From: Felis catus
Taxonomy: Eukaryota
Direction of reading: 5' to 3'
Length of the DNA stretch: 64,000 nucleotides
Assembly: GCF_018350175.1 (NCBI RefSeq)
Contig: NC_058368.1
Span: forward strand, 175,896,001 to 175,960,000
The position numbers and the translations under genes were made by a program. The notes below the pieces were generated by a model. That model searched no databases. It saw only the letters and a list, made by a program, of their open reading frames with translations, and had not been told where the DNA came from. Shown piece after piece: positions 50,264 to 61,985 of the stretch (its first letter is position 1; the number at the start of each line of letters is the position of its first letter).

Positions 50264-51459
50264 ACTGGTATATACTAACTCTTAGGGCAGAACTAAGACA
50301 ATGGTTTTGGTAGTAGTTCTGAGCACATGCTGGAGGGCTCCTTCACAAGGAAGCTTCCTTTCCCATACAAGGATTGATACGGGTACCCCTGGGAAGACAG
50401 GAGCCTTCCTACAGGTCAGGTAGAACCAAAGTGTCTGCCTGAAACTGAACTTCCATAAGGAAGGGTCAATATTACTCCACCATGGATCCAGTCATCAAAA
50501 TGTGCTCAAAAGCAAGAACAACAAACAACACCCTAAGAATGGCATTTTGCAGAAAAGAAAGTCTGGGTTCCCTCATGACGTTGGTGAGCCCTTGTGCTAG
50601 CCTTGGGCTACTCACCTCCAAAACTTCGTGTTATGTGAGCTAATGAAAAGTCTTTCCTGTTTGATCCGTTGTAATTCCGATTTGATGTCACTTGCAGCCA
50701 AAAGCATCCCTAAGTGAGACAACTATCATTTTTGCCTGTTACTGTTCCCATGAGACAGTGAAGAAAACAAATATCCAGAGAAGCAAACTGATATATCCAA
50801 AGTCACACAGCTAATGGAGCCAGAACTGGAATTCAGGGCTTCTCCACATGAGGATACAAGACACCACAGTCAACACAAGCCCTGTTTCTCCCCCGTGGAG
50901 TTTTTACCACATGTTGTCACCTCCCAGAGCTGTTTTTAGTCTCCAAATGCCATGAGGCGCTGGCTCGCCAGCTGCCGCCTCCTAGCTCAGTGCCATTGAT
51001 ATGACATGTCAGCACAGTGGCCTTTGCTGTCTTCATGGGGGTACTGAGGTCCCGCAGGCATTCTGTATCCTTGCCTTGACAGTTCGTATGTCCCCCTCCC
51101 TTCTTTGGACATTCTTGTCCATCAGCTCCTCTGAACTTCAATTACGTCACTACATGCACGCATTCTTGCAATATTTAAAACAGCGGCTGTGAAAATTATG
51201 TAATAACATTAGGACGTTACGACGTTAAGCAGAATGCAAACTGCATGCACAGAGATAAGAAAAAACACATATGCACATGAAAAACGAAAGCCAAACCACG
51301 AGACTGCTGGCTGCGACTGTGGTAAGACTGTGGGTGATCTCTCTTCTCTTTTGATTTTCCAAACTTCCTGGTATGTACTTATAATGAAAAACAACAAGGT
51401 TAAAATGTTTTTAAAACATGTCATTGTTTATCTGGCCCTTCTCCTGGGAGGTAGCAATG

Positions 51460-51730
51460 CAGAGCATGCTAGATACGAGTATGAGCTCAGAAGCTTCGCT
51501 GTCTGGGTTCAATCCCAGCCCTCCCTCCTAAGAGCTGCATGGCCCTCCGTGAGTTCTTTAAATGTTCTGTATTTCGGTTTCCCCATCTGTAAGTTGGGGC
51601 TAATAAAAGCACCTGTCCCATAGGGTGCTGTTGAGGATTAAGCAAGTTAACATTTGTAAGGCATTACAATGTAAAGGCATTAAAAGACATTAGTGCCTAG
51701 TCCACAGTAAGTGCTATGTAAGTGTGGGTT
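51460..51730 (+). mobile_element. MIR, near full length
   Basis: ctgggttcaatcccagc..cggtttccccatctgtaagttggggctaataa..catagggtgctgttgaggattaag..agtgcctagtccacagtaagtgct. Confidence 0.85.
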
Positions 51731-52829
51731 AAATACAAGCCACCTCACTGTGCCTTCTCCACTGAGGGCACCTTGGAAGCGAATGTGATATAGAAACTGG
51801 GCAAACCTCATGTTCAGAGGGACCGAACCGGTGGAAGTTTCAAGAGGTGGATTTGTACTCAAAATAATTAAGACCGTAACTCTAGAGCTGTCTCACTCAT
51901 ATGGAGCAGGCTGGAGGTGTGCTCCTCATTAAGTCAGCCCTGGATGGCTCTCTGTCATAAATACTCTCTGATGCTTTATAGCTCATGAAGTATCCCCTCA
52001 TAAGGCTCCTGGCAGAATTACGGAAAGGAAAGATGAGCAATCCTGCCCCAGGGCACAAAGACCCCTCCCCCCCCCACCTCCCCCATCCCACCCCCAAGCT
52101 AGTCTTTCTCTGCTTAAACAGGATGAAGTCCTCTAGCGGCCAGGAGGTGACACTACAACTTTTTATGTGAGTCCCAACACAGGATGCCCAACGGTCTCTG
52201 GCGACCTTTATTTAGCTGGGTTTGGTTTCGCCTGGCATGTCGGGAGAGAACGCAGGTCTCCTTCTCTCCCCGGTGGCCAAGAGAGCTAAACCACATTTCC
52301 TATGACCCAGTACCTGCATGTTTGTGGTATAGCCCACTTTATCAAACTGATCTCTAGAAAGGAGGCCCTTCCCCTGGGTGCATTTGATTGTATATGCCAC
52401 TTGTGGTATACATTACATCTGCTTAGAGACGGAGGGTTTCTAAAAATGATGGCTTAGAGTTTGTCAGAGATGGGTAGACCTTAATCTAGATTCTCTCATT
52501 TCAATCCCGCCACGTCATATGGGGGAAAGCCCAACGTTTAGAATAGTGCCTGGTACACAGCAGGTACCTTATAAATATTTTATGAGAACTAGGTGTCACT
52601 TTTTCTCCTTGCCATTACTTTAAGAAGAGACCTCATCAAGACACTCATTCAGATGACACATGAACTGCTTCTTCTTTCTCAATGTGGCGTCGGTAAAATG
52701 CCCATGAAAACAGGATGCTACATTAGGAATAAGGTTCCTTTATTCTTGTATTTGATACATTATTGGGGAGAAGAAAAAAGCAGGAAGGAAGAGGAAGAAG
52801 AAACAGACCAAACAAAGGATAGTCTAGCA

Positions 52830-53003
52830 CAGAGCTCAAGACACTTTCTGGAAAGGGCCAGAAGGTAAGCATTCTAGGCTTTCTGACTCATGCAATCTCC
52901 CAGCCACAGACAATACATAAGTGGATGGGGATGACTGGATTCCAATCAAACTTTATTGACAAAACAACCAGTGGGCTGGATCTCGCCTGCCAACCCTTCC
53001 TGG
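52830..53003. mobile_element. hAT-Charlie MITE (MER58A-like)
   Basis: ttctggaaagggccagaaggtaagcattctaggcttt..cagccacagacaatacataa..ttccaatcaaactttatt..gggctggat. Confidence 0.75.
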
Positions 53004-53029
53004 AACACAAGAATGATGACATAAATGGC

Positions 53030-53275
53030 AGAAGTGGTTAAATGACCATGGTGTTCGCTTACTGCCCGAGTCCAAAACCAAGTGTCAGGCCCTGACGGAG
53101 GGTGTACAACTTCAGAACATTGGCTTAACCCCTCCATGCCGTAGGTTTTGTTCAACTTTAAAGTGGAGAGAGTAATACTATGGGCCTTGAGGGATTAGCG
53201 TGAGGATCAAATAAAACCACGTTGGCAAATGATAAGCACGGTGACTGGTACTTGGAAGTGCACTATAAACACCAG
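53030..53275 (+). mobile_element. MIR
   Basis: agtggttaa..ggcttaacccctccatgcc..taaagtggagagagtaata..gtgaggatcaaataa..gtacttggaagtgcactataaa. Confidence 0.65.
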
Positions 53276-54599
53276 CTGTCTTCATCGTCACCTTCCCTGT
53301 CGTCATCATCTGAGTCACTTGACCGACAGAATGGTGAGCATCACATGAGATAATGGACATGAACGCGCTTTGCAAAGAGAAGGCCTCTTTCACTTAAGTG
53401 CTCAAATGCGTAACAATATCCCATCCACTCATTCCTCATTGCCGAAATGCCAGGGGAAGTTGGATATATTCTTCTTGTGTCAGTGGAATAGTTCGGGAAA
53501 CTGAGCCTCGGGAAAACTTAGGAGAATCGTTGCAAGTGACAACTTCCTAATTTGGTGAGGGCACCCCATAAGGAGCCCGGCTTTCATATTCTTTGCCCCT
53601 TTTCTGCCTCCTTTCAGCAACTTTGGATCGCCATGACTCTACTGGGAACTGTTTGCTCAAAGATTTCAAAATACCTCCAAGAAATAGGTCCTGAAAATTT
53701 TCTCAAGTCTGCTCCCCTATCTGCCATCCTCCTGTCCCCTCCACCTGCTGATTTTTGGTCTTCATTATCTGCGCCTAGTCTACTGCAAAAGCCCCTTAAC
53801 TGGTCCCTGTGGCGTAGATGGATTTCTCCCTGTTCCATCATCCACATCCACTCTCATTCTGGGTGATGCTTGTAAAGCACAGATCTGACTCTCATGCACA
53901 GAAGGCCTTTCATGATACGGGTCCCCATCAGTTCAGCAGGCCAAGTGCTAGTCCCTCCTATCCCCCTGTCCATCCCCAGGGACACCCTCCTGACTCCAGC
54001 TCCAGCAACATGCTCACCCTTTGCTCAGCTCCATAGGCTCCCCACAGGAGGTCTCCACAGTGCCACTGGTGTTCCGGAGCAGAGACCCCCGCCACCACGA
54101 CACACACACTCTCACTCAACACCACAGTCTAAGAAATCTTCAGGACCAATTCCATCAAGCCCCAGGCACTGCCCGGAGCCTACATCTCCCAGCCATCATC
54201 CCACATCACCTGCTCTTCCATCCCAAAAGAGCTTTGTACACACACTGCCATGACTCGGCTTCCTGCCCTCCCCAGTGTCCCAGTCTTCTCATGGGTCCTG
54301 CACATTTCACTGTCCATTCTCAGAAAAATTCTCTATTCTCCACCTCTTCCCTGAAGCTCCTCTTCACCTTGCCCTGAACTGAAACCTAGTTCCCTCCTAA
54401 AATCTCTGCTTCCTCTTCTATCTGCTCAAGGGTAGCTCTTCTCTTTCTCAAACTCCTTGTGCTGCTGACCCAGAGATGGAGGAGATATCCTCCTTGCCAT
54501 GTTCGGGACTTTATCCTTCCTGCTTCCCTAAAAAAACTCATGGGCCTAGAAGCTCATGCCACTAGACTAGACCACCCAGCCCCTCCCTGTCCCAACCCT

Positions 54600-54790
54600 A
54601 TTGTGCTTTTCGTTTATTAACGCATTTAAACCTCACAAAACCCCTCGAGGTAGGTACGATGATCATCTTCATTTCACAAATGAGGAAACTAAGGCAGAAA
54701 GAGGTTGAGCAGTTCACCAAGAGTCACACAGATAAGACTCAACTTCAGGGAACTGACACTAGAGTCTGGCCTCTTAACCATTCCAACCAC
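54600..54790 (-). mobile_element. MIR nested in the L2
   Basis: catttaaacctcacaaaacccctcgaggtaggtac..catttcacaaatgaggaaactaaggcagaaagaggttgag..ccaagagtcacacag. Confidence 0.85.
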
Positions 54791-55031
54791 TCACACCCAG
54801 ATATGGTGGCCCCCTCCACTCATCTCCCTTCCTTGAAGATTTTAGCACCTGCCTCACTGACTCTCTTTCTAAAACCTCTCCTATCATAATGCTTAGTGAT
54901 TTCAATTCCATGAAGGCAATTTTCCCAGCGCCCTTCCTGCTTAGCTCCTAGGCCTCCTTGCCTCCAGTTCTCCTGTTCTTCATCCTATAACCTTAGTCAA
55001 AAGCTTAGATCAGATCATTGGCAATAACTAC

Positions 55032-55558
55032 ATGTTATGGACTCAATGCTTATGTCCCCCCAAAATCCATACGTTGAAGCCCTAACACCCAATATGATGG
55101 TATTTGGAGATGGGGCCTTTGGGAGGTAATTACCATTGAGTGAGGCCATGAGGGTGGAGCCCCATGAATGGGATTGGTGCCCAATGAGAGGAGACCAGAG
55201 AGTATTGGAAAAAAAAAAAAAAGAAGAAAGAAAGAAAGAAAGAAAGAAAGAAGAGACCAGAGAGCTCACTTGTGTGTTCTCTCATTCACCCCCCTTCCCT
55301 CCTTCTGCCTCCTTCCCTCCCTCTGCCCTTCTCCCTCTCTCCCTCAATCCCTCTCTCCCTCTTCACATGCACAAAAAAGAGGTCATGCGTACACACAGTA
55401 AGATATGGATTCCCTACAAACCAAGAACAGAGGCCTCAGAATGAAACCTGCGTTGCCAGCACTTTGACCCAGGACTTCAGAGCTGTGAGATATAAATGTC
55501 TACTGTGTGAGCCACCCGCCTGTGGTATTTTGTTATGACAGGCCCAACATTCTAATCC
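55032..55558 (+). mobile_element. MaLR LTR (MLT1A/MST-like) nested in the L2
   Basis: tgttatggactcaatgcttatgtcccccaaaatccatacgttgaagccctaac..tggtatttggagatggggcctttgggaggtaatta..ctgtggtattttgttat. Confidence 0.85.
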
Positions 55559-56616
55559 CGTTTACTTTCTCTATTACCCCAATTTCAAGCACTCCAGTCA
55601 CAGACCACTATCCTCAGTCTTTCCAGCTTACACCCTCCATGAATCCAACTCTAATCATCTTCAAAACCCATTAGGACTTCCATCATTGCCCCAACCACCA
55701 AGAGAATCCACCCACCTTGCCTAGTGAGAGTCCAGGATCTATACCCTCTTTCATACACCCTCAATCCCAGTGCCTGTAGTTCCTCTCTCTTCGTTGCCTA
55801 ACAAAGTGCAACTTGGTTAAGTCCACCCTCCCACCCATGCTGTGTCCGCTCCTAGCAGCTGAACATGGTGGAGAGACACAACCAGCCATGCTAATGGGCC
55901 TCACTGCAACATCCGTTGGTCATACCTAGCAATGTCTCATTTCCTTAGTCAGTCCCCTCAGCGGGGGACCATTCTCTGGACCTTCTCCTCAAACCTCCAA
56001 TGCTCACTCGCTCCTCCTCACTCTCAACTAATCCTCTCACCTTTGCACGAAGCAGAAGCAGTCCACAGAGAGCCTCCTCATGCAACCCCCGCTGATCACT
56101 CACCCACCTGCATCTGTCCCATCATCCTGCCTTCCTCTGCCACTTCCTCTCTGCAAAAGCCAGCCATTCGCCTATGCCATGGATGCCATCACCTCTCACC
56201 TCCTTAAGGACATTACTCCAGCAATTAAACCCTCTGGCTCCTACAAGTATTGGGTTTTCCCTCTCTGCTCAATCTTCCCCATCATCTCATATACAAGCTT
56301 TTCTTCCTTCTATCTTAAAAAAATACTTTTTAACTATGCTGACGCCAGCACTCTCCTCCAGCTACTGCCACTTCTTTCTTCTCCTTCACAGACTAGATTT
56401 TCTGAAATGTTCACTGAACTCAAACCATCTAGTTTCTCCCGTCTCATTCTGAGGTCCACTCAAATCGGCTCTCAGCCTCGCAATCCCCCTGGAATGGCTC
56501 CTTCCAAGACCACCAAAGGCCCCCAGGGTATTCAATCCAGCAGTCAATGCCCAGTCCTCACTACCTTGACCTACCAGTAGCATTGACACAGATGACCACA
56601 CCCTCCTCTTAAAACA

Positions 56617-57225
56617 CAGCGTGATCCAAAAAGAATCAAACACTTTAAAAAAGGAACTACTCGGTAACTAACTGGATTGGGCATAAACAAGTAGTCAAAA
56701 CCGGGTGCCTGGGTGGCTCAGTTGGTTAAGCATCCCCACTTCGGCTCAGGTCACGATCTCACGGTCCATGAGTTCAAGCCCCGCATCAAGCTCTGTGCTG
56801 ACATCAGAGCCTGGAGCTGCTTTGGGTTCTATGTCTCCCTCTCCCTTCCCTTCCCTTCCCCTGTTTGCACTCTGTCTCTCTCTCAAAAATAAATAAACAT
56901 GAAAAAAAAAAACAAGTAGTCAAAACTTACTTCAAGTTTTATGATACTTCAAGGAATTATCATAGTTCTTGCTATCATCTTATAAATGCTCAACATGCAC
57001 CCCTCAGGTCCCATGACACATGTCAATCCTGAAAGGTGTTTATCCAAGGCTTGTGTGGCATATTACAGTTAAATGACTGAAATGGTAGCCATGATACATT
57101 TTTTCGTGTCCTCAAGGTTGGGAGGAAGAAGTGGTATAAACCAAGATTCTTGAGTCAGAAAATTTTTATTTTGATTACTGAATAATAAAATTCTTATTAT
57201 GTTCAACTTGTCTGGAACTGGTCTG
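56617..57225 (-). mobile_element. Non-autonomous Tc1/mariner-superfamily DNA transposon with a transposase C-terminal remnant, nested in the L2
   Basis: Interrupts L2 at ctcttaaaaca|ctttctct. Imperfect terminal inverted repeats (cagcgtgatccaaaaag vs reverse-strand cagaccagttccagacaag), TA on the right and CA on the left. Minus-strand 57151-56980 translates, with frameshifts, to KNL/FIPLLPPNLEDTKKCIMATISVI/NCNMPHKPW../RIDMCHGT*GVHVEHL*. Confidence 0.75.
56702..56909 (+). mobile_element. Can-SINE nested in the Tc1/mariner element
   Basis: Perfect TSD aaacaagtagtcaaaac (56685-56701 and 56910-56926). Confidence 0.96.
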
Positions 57226-57467
57226 TACTTTCTCTGCTTGACTTCAGGGACACCACGCTCACCAGATTTTCCACCTGCTTCTCCAGATGTTCCTACTCAG
57301 TGCCCTTCCTGGCCTTGTACGTCCAAGAGCTCTATCCATTTCTCCTCTTCCCATCTATTCTCAGTCCTTGGTGAGCTCGTCCACACTCTTGGCTTTAACA
57401 GCCAACAATCTCAGGTAACGAGCTCATACATCAACAACACACTTGGCATTGCCACCTGGGTGACATC

Positions 57468-57682
57468 TTTTTTTTTAATGTTTATTATTTTTGAGAGAGA
57501 CAGACAGACAGACAGAGCAAGCAGGGGAGGGACAGAGAAAGAGGGAGATGCAGAATCCAAAGCAGGCTCCAGGCTCCGAGCTGTCAGCACAGAGCCCGAC
57601 GCAGGGCTTGAACTCATGAACCATGAGATCATGACCTGAGCCGAAGTCAGATGCTTAACCGACTGAGCCACCCAAGCGCCCC
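57468..57682 (-). mobile_element. Can-SINE (SINEC_Fc type)
   Basis: TSD tgggtgacatcttttttt. Confidence 0.95.
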
Positions 57683-57694
57683 ATGGGTGACATC

Positions 57695-57893
57695 TTTTTT
57701 TAGTGTTTGTCTGCCTGTTTAGAAAGAAGAGATAGCATTACCGGGTGAGGGGCAGAGAAAGAAGAGACAGAGAATCCCAGTCTATGCTGACCGCACAGAG
57801 CCCCAGGGGAGGCTTGATCTCATGAACTGAGGTCATGATCTGAGCCGAAATTAAGAGTCAGATGCTTAACTGACCGAGTGACCTGGGTGCCCC
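57695..57893 (-). mobile_element. Older, diverged Can-SINE
   Basis: ggggcagagaaagaagagacagagaatccca..tgagccgaaattaagagtcagatgcttaactgaccgagtgacctgggtgcccc. Confidence 0.9.
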
Positions 57894-58206
57894 AACGTGG
57901 GCAACATCCAATAGGCACCTCAAGCTCCAGATATTCCCACACACATAAACCTGGTTCTCCCAGTCACTGCCCTTTCAGAAGGCGTCCTCTTCATTCTGCA
58001 CTTACTCAGGCCAAAACTCTTGAAGTCCTCCTTGACACCTCTCTTTCTCTCACACCCCACATCTAATCCCTCAGCAAAGCCTACCCTCACAACATGACAA
58101 CCTCTTGCCCCTTCACAGGTCCCAGCCCAGGCCAGGGAAGCTCTGTTTTTCACCTGGATTATGGCAGCAGCCTTCTCCCAGATTCCCTGCTCCACTCTTG
58201 ACTCTT

Positions 58207-58890
58207 GCATTACTTTCCCACGGCTGCCCCAACGTATCTCCTCAACCTGGGTGGCTTAAAACAACAGGAGTTTATTATCTCACAGTTCGGGAAGGCAGAA
58301 GTTCAAGGTGCAGCAGGGCCAGGCTTCCTCCAAAGGCTCTACAAGAGAATCCTTCCTCTCCTCGTCGGGCTTCTGGTGGCGTCCAACATCCCTCCCTCGT
58401 GGCTTCAGCACTCCCATCTCTGACTCTGTTTTCACATGCCCTTTTCCTCCATGTCTGTGTCTTCTCTTCTGTCTCTTTTTTTTTTATTTTTTTTTCAACG
58501 TTTATTTATTTCTTTTGGGACAAAGAGAGACAGAGCATGAACGGGGGAGGGGCAGAGAGAGAGGGAGACACAGAATCGGAAGCAGGCTCCAGGCTCTGAG
58601 CCATCAGCCCAGAGCCCGACGTGGGGCTCGAACTCACGGACCGCGAGATCGTGACCTGGCTGAAGTCGGACGCTTAACCGACTGCGCCACCCAGGCGCCC
58701 CTCTTCTGTCTCTTTTAAGAACATTTATCATTGGATAGGAATAGGTCCCACCCAGATAATCCAGGATGATCTCATCTCAAGATCCTCAATTACATCTGCA
58801 AAGACCCTTTTTCCAAATAAGGTTACATCCGCGGATTGTGGGGTGAGGACACGGATATCTTTTGGGGGGCCACCATCCAATGCACTAAAC
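58207..58890 (-). mobile_element. MaLR LTR (MLT1B-like) nested in the L2, itself interrupted by a SINE
   Basis: gggtggcttaaaacaacaggagtttattatctcacagttc..ataatccaggatgatctcatctcaagatcctcaattacatctgcaaagaccctttttccaaataagg. Confidence 0.85.
58477..58701 (-). mobile_element. Young Can-SINE (SINEC_Fc)
   Basis: CpG-rich, near-identical in type to 27830-28047. TSD tcttctgtctctttt. Confidence 0.97.
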
Positions 58891-59365
58891 CTCTCTAGAG
58901 TCTGTTCTCCATACAACACCCAGTCAACGGCCTTTAACACCATACATCACATTATGCCGTGCCTTAAAATTCTCTGTAAGCTCTCATCTCATCAGTGAAA
59001 TCAGAGGTCCTCACCATGACCGGGAAGACCCCTAGGTCATGGTCCCCACTAACTCTCTGACCTCGCCTCCCGCCCCTTGCCCCTCACTCCCTCTGCACTA
59101 CCCCTCTGGCCACATCCCAGCTTTAGGCCTATGTCCTTGCTATTCTCTCTGCTGCCCCCTCCGTGATTCACTTCTCAAGTCTCTTCTCCACCATCACCTC
59201 CTAACACCCCTGCCACCCCTTATCCCTCTTACTTTGCCTTATTTTTCTTCATAGCATTTCTATCCTCCTCCATCATCAGCTGAATACCGCATATTTCTTT
59301 TCTGTCTGCCTCCTTTAATGGAATGTAAGATCCATGAGGTGAGGGGTTTTGTTTTGCTCACTGCA

Positions 59366-59721
59366 TGCTATGGACTGAATATCTGTGTCCCCCCAGATTC
59401 ATATGTTGAAGCTCTAACCCCCAATCCGATGGTATTTGGAGATGAGCCTTTGGTAGTTGGTTTAGATGAGGTCATGAGGGTGGGGTGCTCACGATGAGAT
59501 TGATGTTCTTATAAGAAGAGACCACAGAGCCTGCTCTTTCTCTTTCCACCATGTGAGGACACAGCAAGAAGGCAGTCATCTGCAGATAGCCCTCACTGGG
59601 AACAAAATGGGCCAGCTCCTTGATCTTAGACTTCCCAGCCTTCAAAACTTTGAGAAGTGTTTGTTATTTAAGCCACCCAATCAATAGTGTTTTGTTACCA
59701 CAGCCCAAACTGACTAAGACT
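59366..59721 (+). mobile_element. MaLR solo LTR (MLT1A-like) nested in the L2 3' end
   Basis: tgctatggactgaatatctgtgtccccccagattcatatgttgaagc..tttaagccacccaatc..cagcccaaactgactaagac. L2 resumes on both sides. Confidence 0.88.
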
Positions 59722-59884
59722 GACTGTGGTATCTCCACCTCCCAGAATAGTGCTTGGGGGGTGATGAATGCCCCATAAATATTGTGAGTGAAAATGTTCC
59801 CACGGTCCTCTGGGAAGGGATTATATCCCAGTACTAGAGCACCAACAAAAAGACAACATTTTGGCTGGCTGGGTTTAATAGTAC

Positions 59885-60370
59885 AGGTTATTTTAGTTCC
59901 ACTTAACAGAAAACCAAAACCAAGGCTCAACCTTTACAGGAAGTAAAGATTTTGGAGGCAGAACAGGCTTCAGGTATGGTCTGATCCAGTAGCTGAACAA
60001 TGTCACTCAGCATCCATTTCCTTCTGTGTCTCTATGGATCTACCCCAGCATCAGTTTCACCGTAAGGCTGACTCCTCTCACTGTCACAAGAGAGCTAACA
60101 GGGTTCATTTTCCTCACTTATGTCTCAAGGGGGAGAGAGTTTATCCTCCCCCACCCCCACCTTCAAAGAACTCCTGGGCTTCCTCTTATTGGAGCCACTC
60201 ACACCAAATTCCCAGTCCTGAACCAATTCAAAGTAGCAATAATTACACTAATTGCCTTCAACCAATAAAGATCCACTTCTAAACTGGGGGTGGGGCCAGT
60301 CAAACCACCAGCTGGGAAATCTGGAGTCCTTTTAGGAAGGAAGAAGGCAAATGGATGCTAAGAAGGTGAC
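59885..60370 (-). mobile_element. MaLR LTR (MLT1K-like)
   Basis: aacagaaaacc..ggcttcaggtatggtctgatccag..tcctgaaccaat..aggaaggaagaaggcaaatggatgct. Confidence 0.65.
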
Positions 60371-61471
60371 TAGTAATTCTCAGCAAAGTGGGTCTTTCAG
60401 AATTTCAAGCCCACTCAGGTGACTGCTGGCCCTATCTGCACATAGGGTTGGTTCTGGGCCCCTGCAGCCAAGTTCTGGCTTTTATGAGATATAAGCGAAC
60501 CTAACCAAGGCTTTGGAACGCCTCTCTTAGAAACAAGTGGTGAGCAGGCCAAGCATACAATTAAGTATTGAATTTTTCTACAAACACACAAACAGATACA
60601 CCCAGAACAGGGCATGGCATTAAATCCTCTGCACAGATCCCTTTCCCACCAGCCTGTCTTGTGCCGAAAGACTTCTGGTTAGAGAATGTGCCAAACGATG
60701 GATGAAATGTTCCATCACAATTAAAGCAGATTCTCAGCAGTGGCTTTGCCCTCTGCACGGCATGGAATGCCTTTATGTAAGTGCATATCTACGTATGTGG
60801 ACCCACAGCATCAATCTTGAGGCTCCCTGCTCTCTTTACTCTCCATCTCGCTCTCTTTCCTTCTACAAGAGTAACAGGGACTAAATGCTAAGGAAATCTT
60901 GAGTCTGTTGAAAGTGTTCCAGGCAAATAAATAAGCTTCCCATCTGAAAGTGATTTAAGAATCCCAAAAAGCTTTCTTATCTCCAACTACCTCTCCCATG
61001 AGTCTGCCTGGAGTCTAAAATCCCCACATTGGTCAAGCCTTTGGATTTGGGGTCTTGAAGATGCAAGAAAATTATCTCTTGAGTAAGTCATTAACAGCCA
61101 TTGACCCCTAGGGGTGTTAGAGACCTTGCAGAGATGAAGTCCTGGGTGTGCGTATCTTAGAGGAAAAGAGGGCTTTATGTAACGACCAGACCAAAGAATA
61201 TCCTAAGACGCCAGCAAGTAGGCAGAGTGAAGAACCTGAATTTGTGATGGAAGGACAACCAACATCCAACATTTCTTGCATCTTCACTGGGAGGCACTTG
61301 GCTTCTTTTATCAAAATGATGGAAGGCAGCATAGGCCGTGATTAATTTCTAGAGTCTGACATCCTGGGTCCAGACTCCAGCTCTGCCTCTAACTAACTGT
61401 GTGGCCCTGTGCAAATCTTTTCAACTCTTACCTGCAAAAAGAGGGTAATAACAAGGGCTTGTAGGATGATG

Positions 61472-61985
61472 TTATAATATAAAAAGTATATACAATATTA
61501 TTAGTAGTACAGTACAATATATACTTATATATATAATACTGTAGTATAATATATAGTATACGATGTTATATATTCCTTTACATATTATACTATATGATAT
61601 ACATTATAGTATATATAATAGTATAGTATACTACACATGTACTATATATAGTGTTATACTACATTATGTAGCATAACATAAAATATATATGCACATTATA
61701 TATAATACATAATGTATATGTATATATTATACATTATACTATGCTATATAATATTATGCTATATATTTTAGTATACATTATACATAATACATATATCAAG
61801 TATATATTATGTGTGACACTATACACATATGCTATACAATGTTATTCTATACTTCTTTATATATTATACTATATATAAGTTTATATACACGGTGCCACAT
61901 ATGATAGTATAATATGGTATAATAAAATATAATAGTAACATAATAATATAGTATAATACATAATAATAATAGTAATACAATAAGA
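61472..61985. repeat. Degenerate TA-rich low-complexity expansion inside a MIR
   Basis: ~510 bp of tata/tacat/atagt/taa units. MIR sequence on both sides (61350-61470 and 61985-62020). Confidence 0.9.

Larger units (their letters stand above)
54270..59792 (+). mobile_element. Near full-length decayed L2 LINE (endonuclease, RT and 3' end), fragmented by nested insertions
   Basis: Collinear degenerate ORF2 motifs: LAL/TET* (~54367-54390), EAHATRL..P (~54549), FLEDFSTCLT..PIIMLSDFN (~54828-54906), SLDQIIGNN (~55002), TDHY..FQLT (~55600), MDAITSHLLKDITPAI (~56179), DLPVA..DTDDHTLLLK (~56568-56613). L2 3' UTR aatgtaagatccatgagg and terminus at ~59790. Confidence 0.88.

Noticed and set aside
52127..52145. 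CTCF-like site (minus strand tggccgctagaggac)
   Set aside because: Mismatch in the conserved GGC core, so it is too weak to call.
56080..56580. 166-aa ORF with RT-like words (MDAITSHLLKDITPAI) as a domesticated L2 gene
   Set aside because: L2 homology switches frames: the SSY(R)PISLL-like block is in the neighbouring ORF 56174-56452. Key motifs are degenerate and the downstream RT is disrupted by insertions, so this is a chance open frame in a fossil.
4428..58701. tRNA genes or CRISPR-like repeats suggested by recurring A/B-box-containing ~200-bp units
   Set aside because: The units are dispersed tRNA-derived Can-SINEs with CT-rich bodies, A tails and TSDs. There is no cloverleaf gene and no regular repeat-spacer array.
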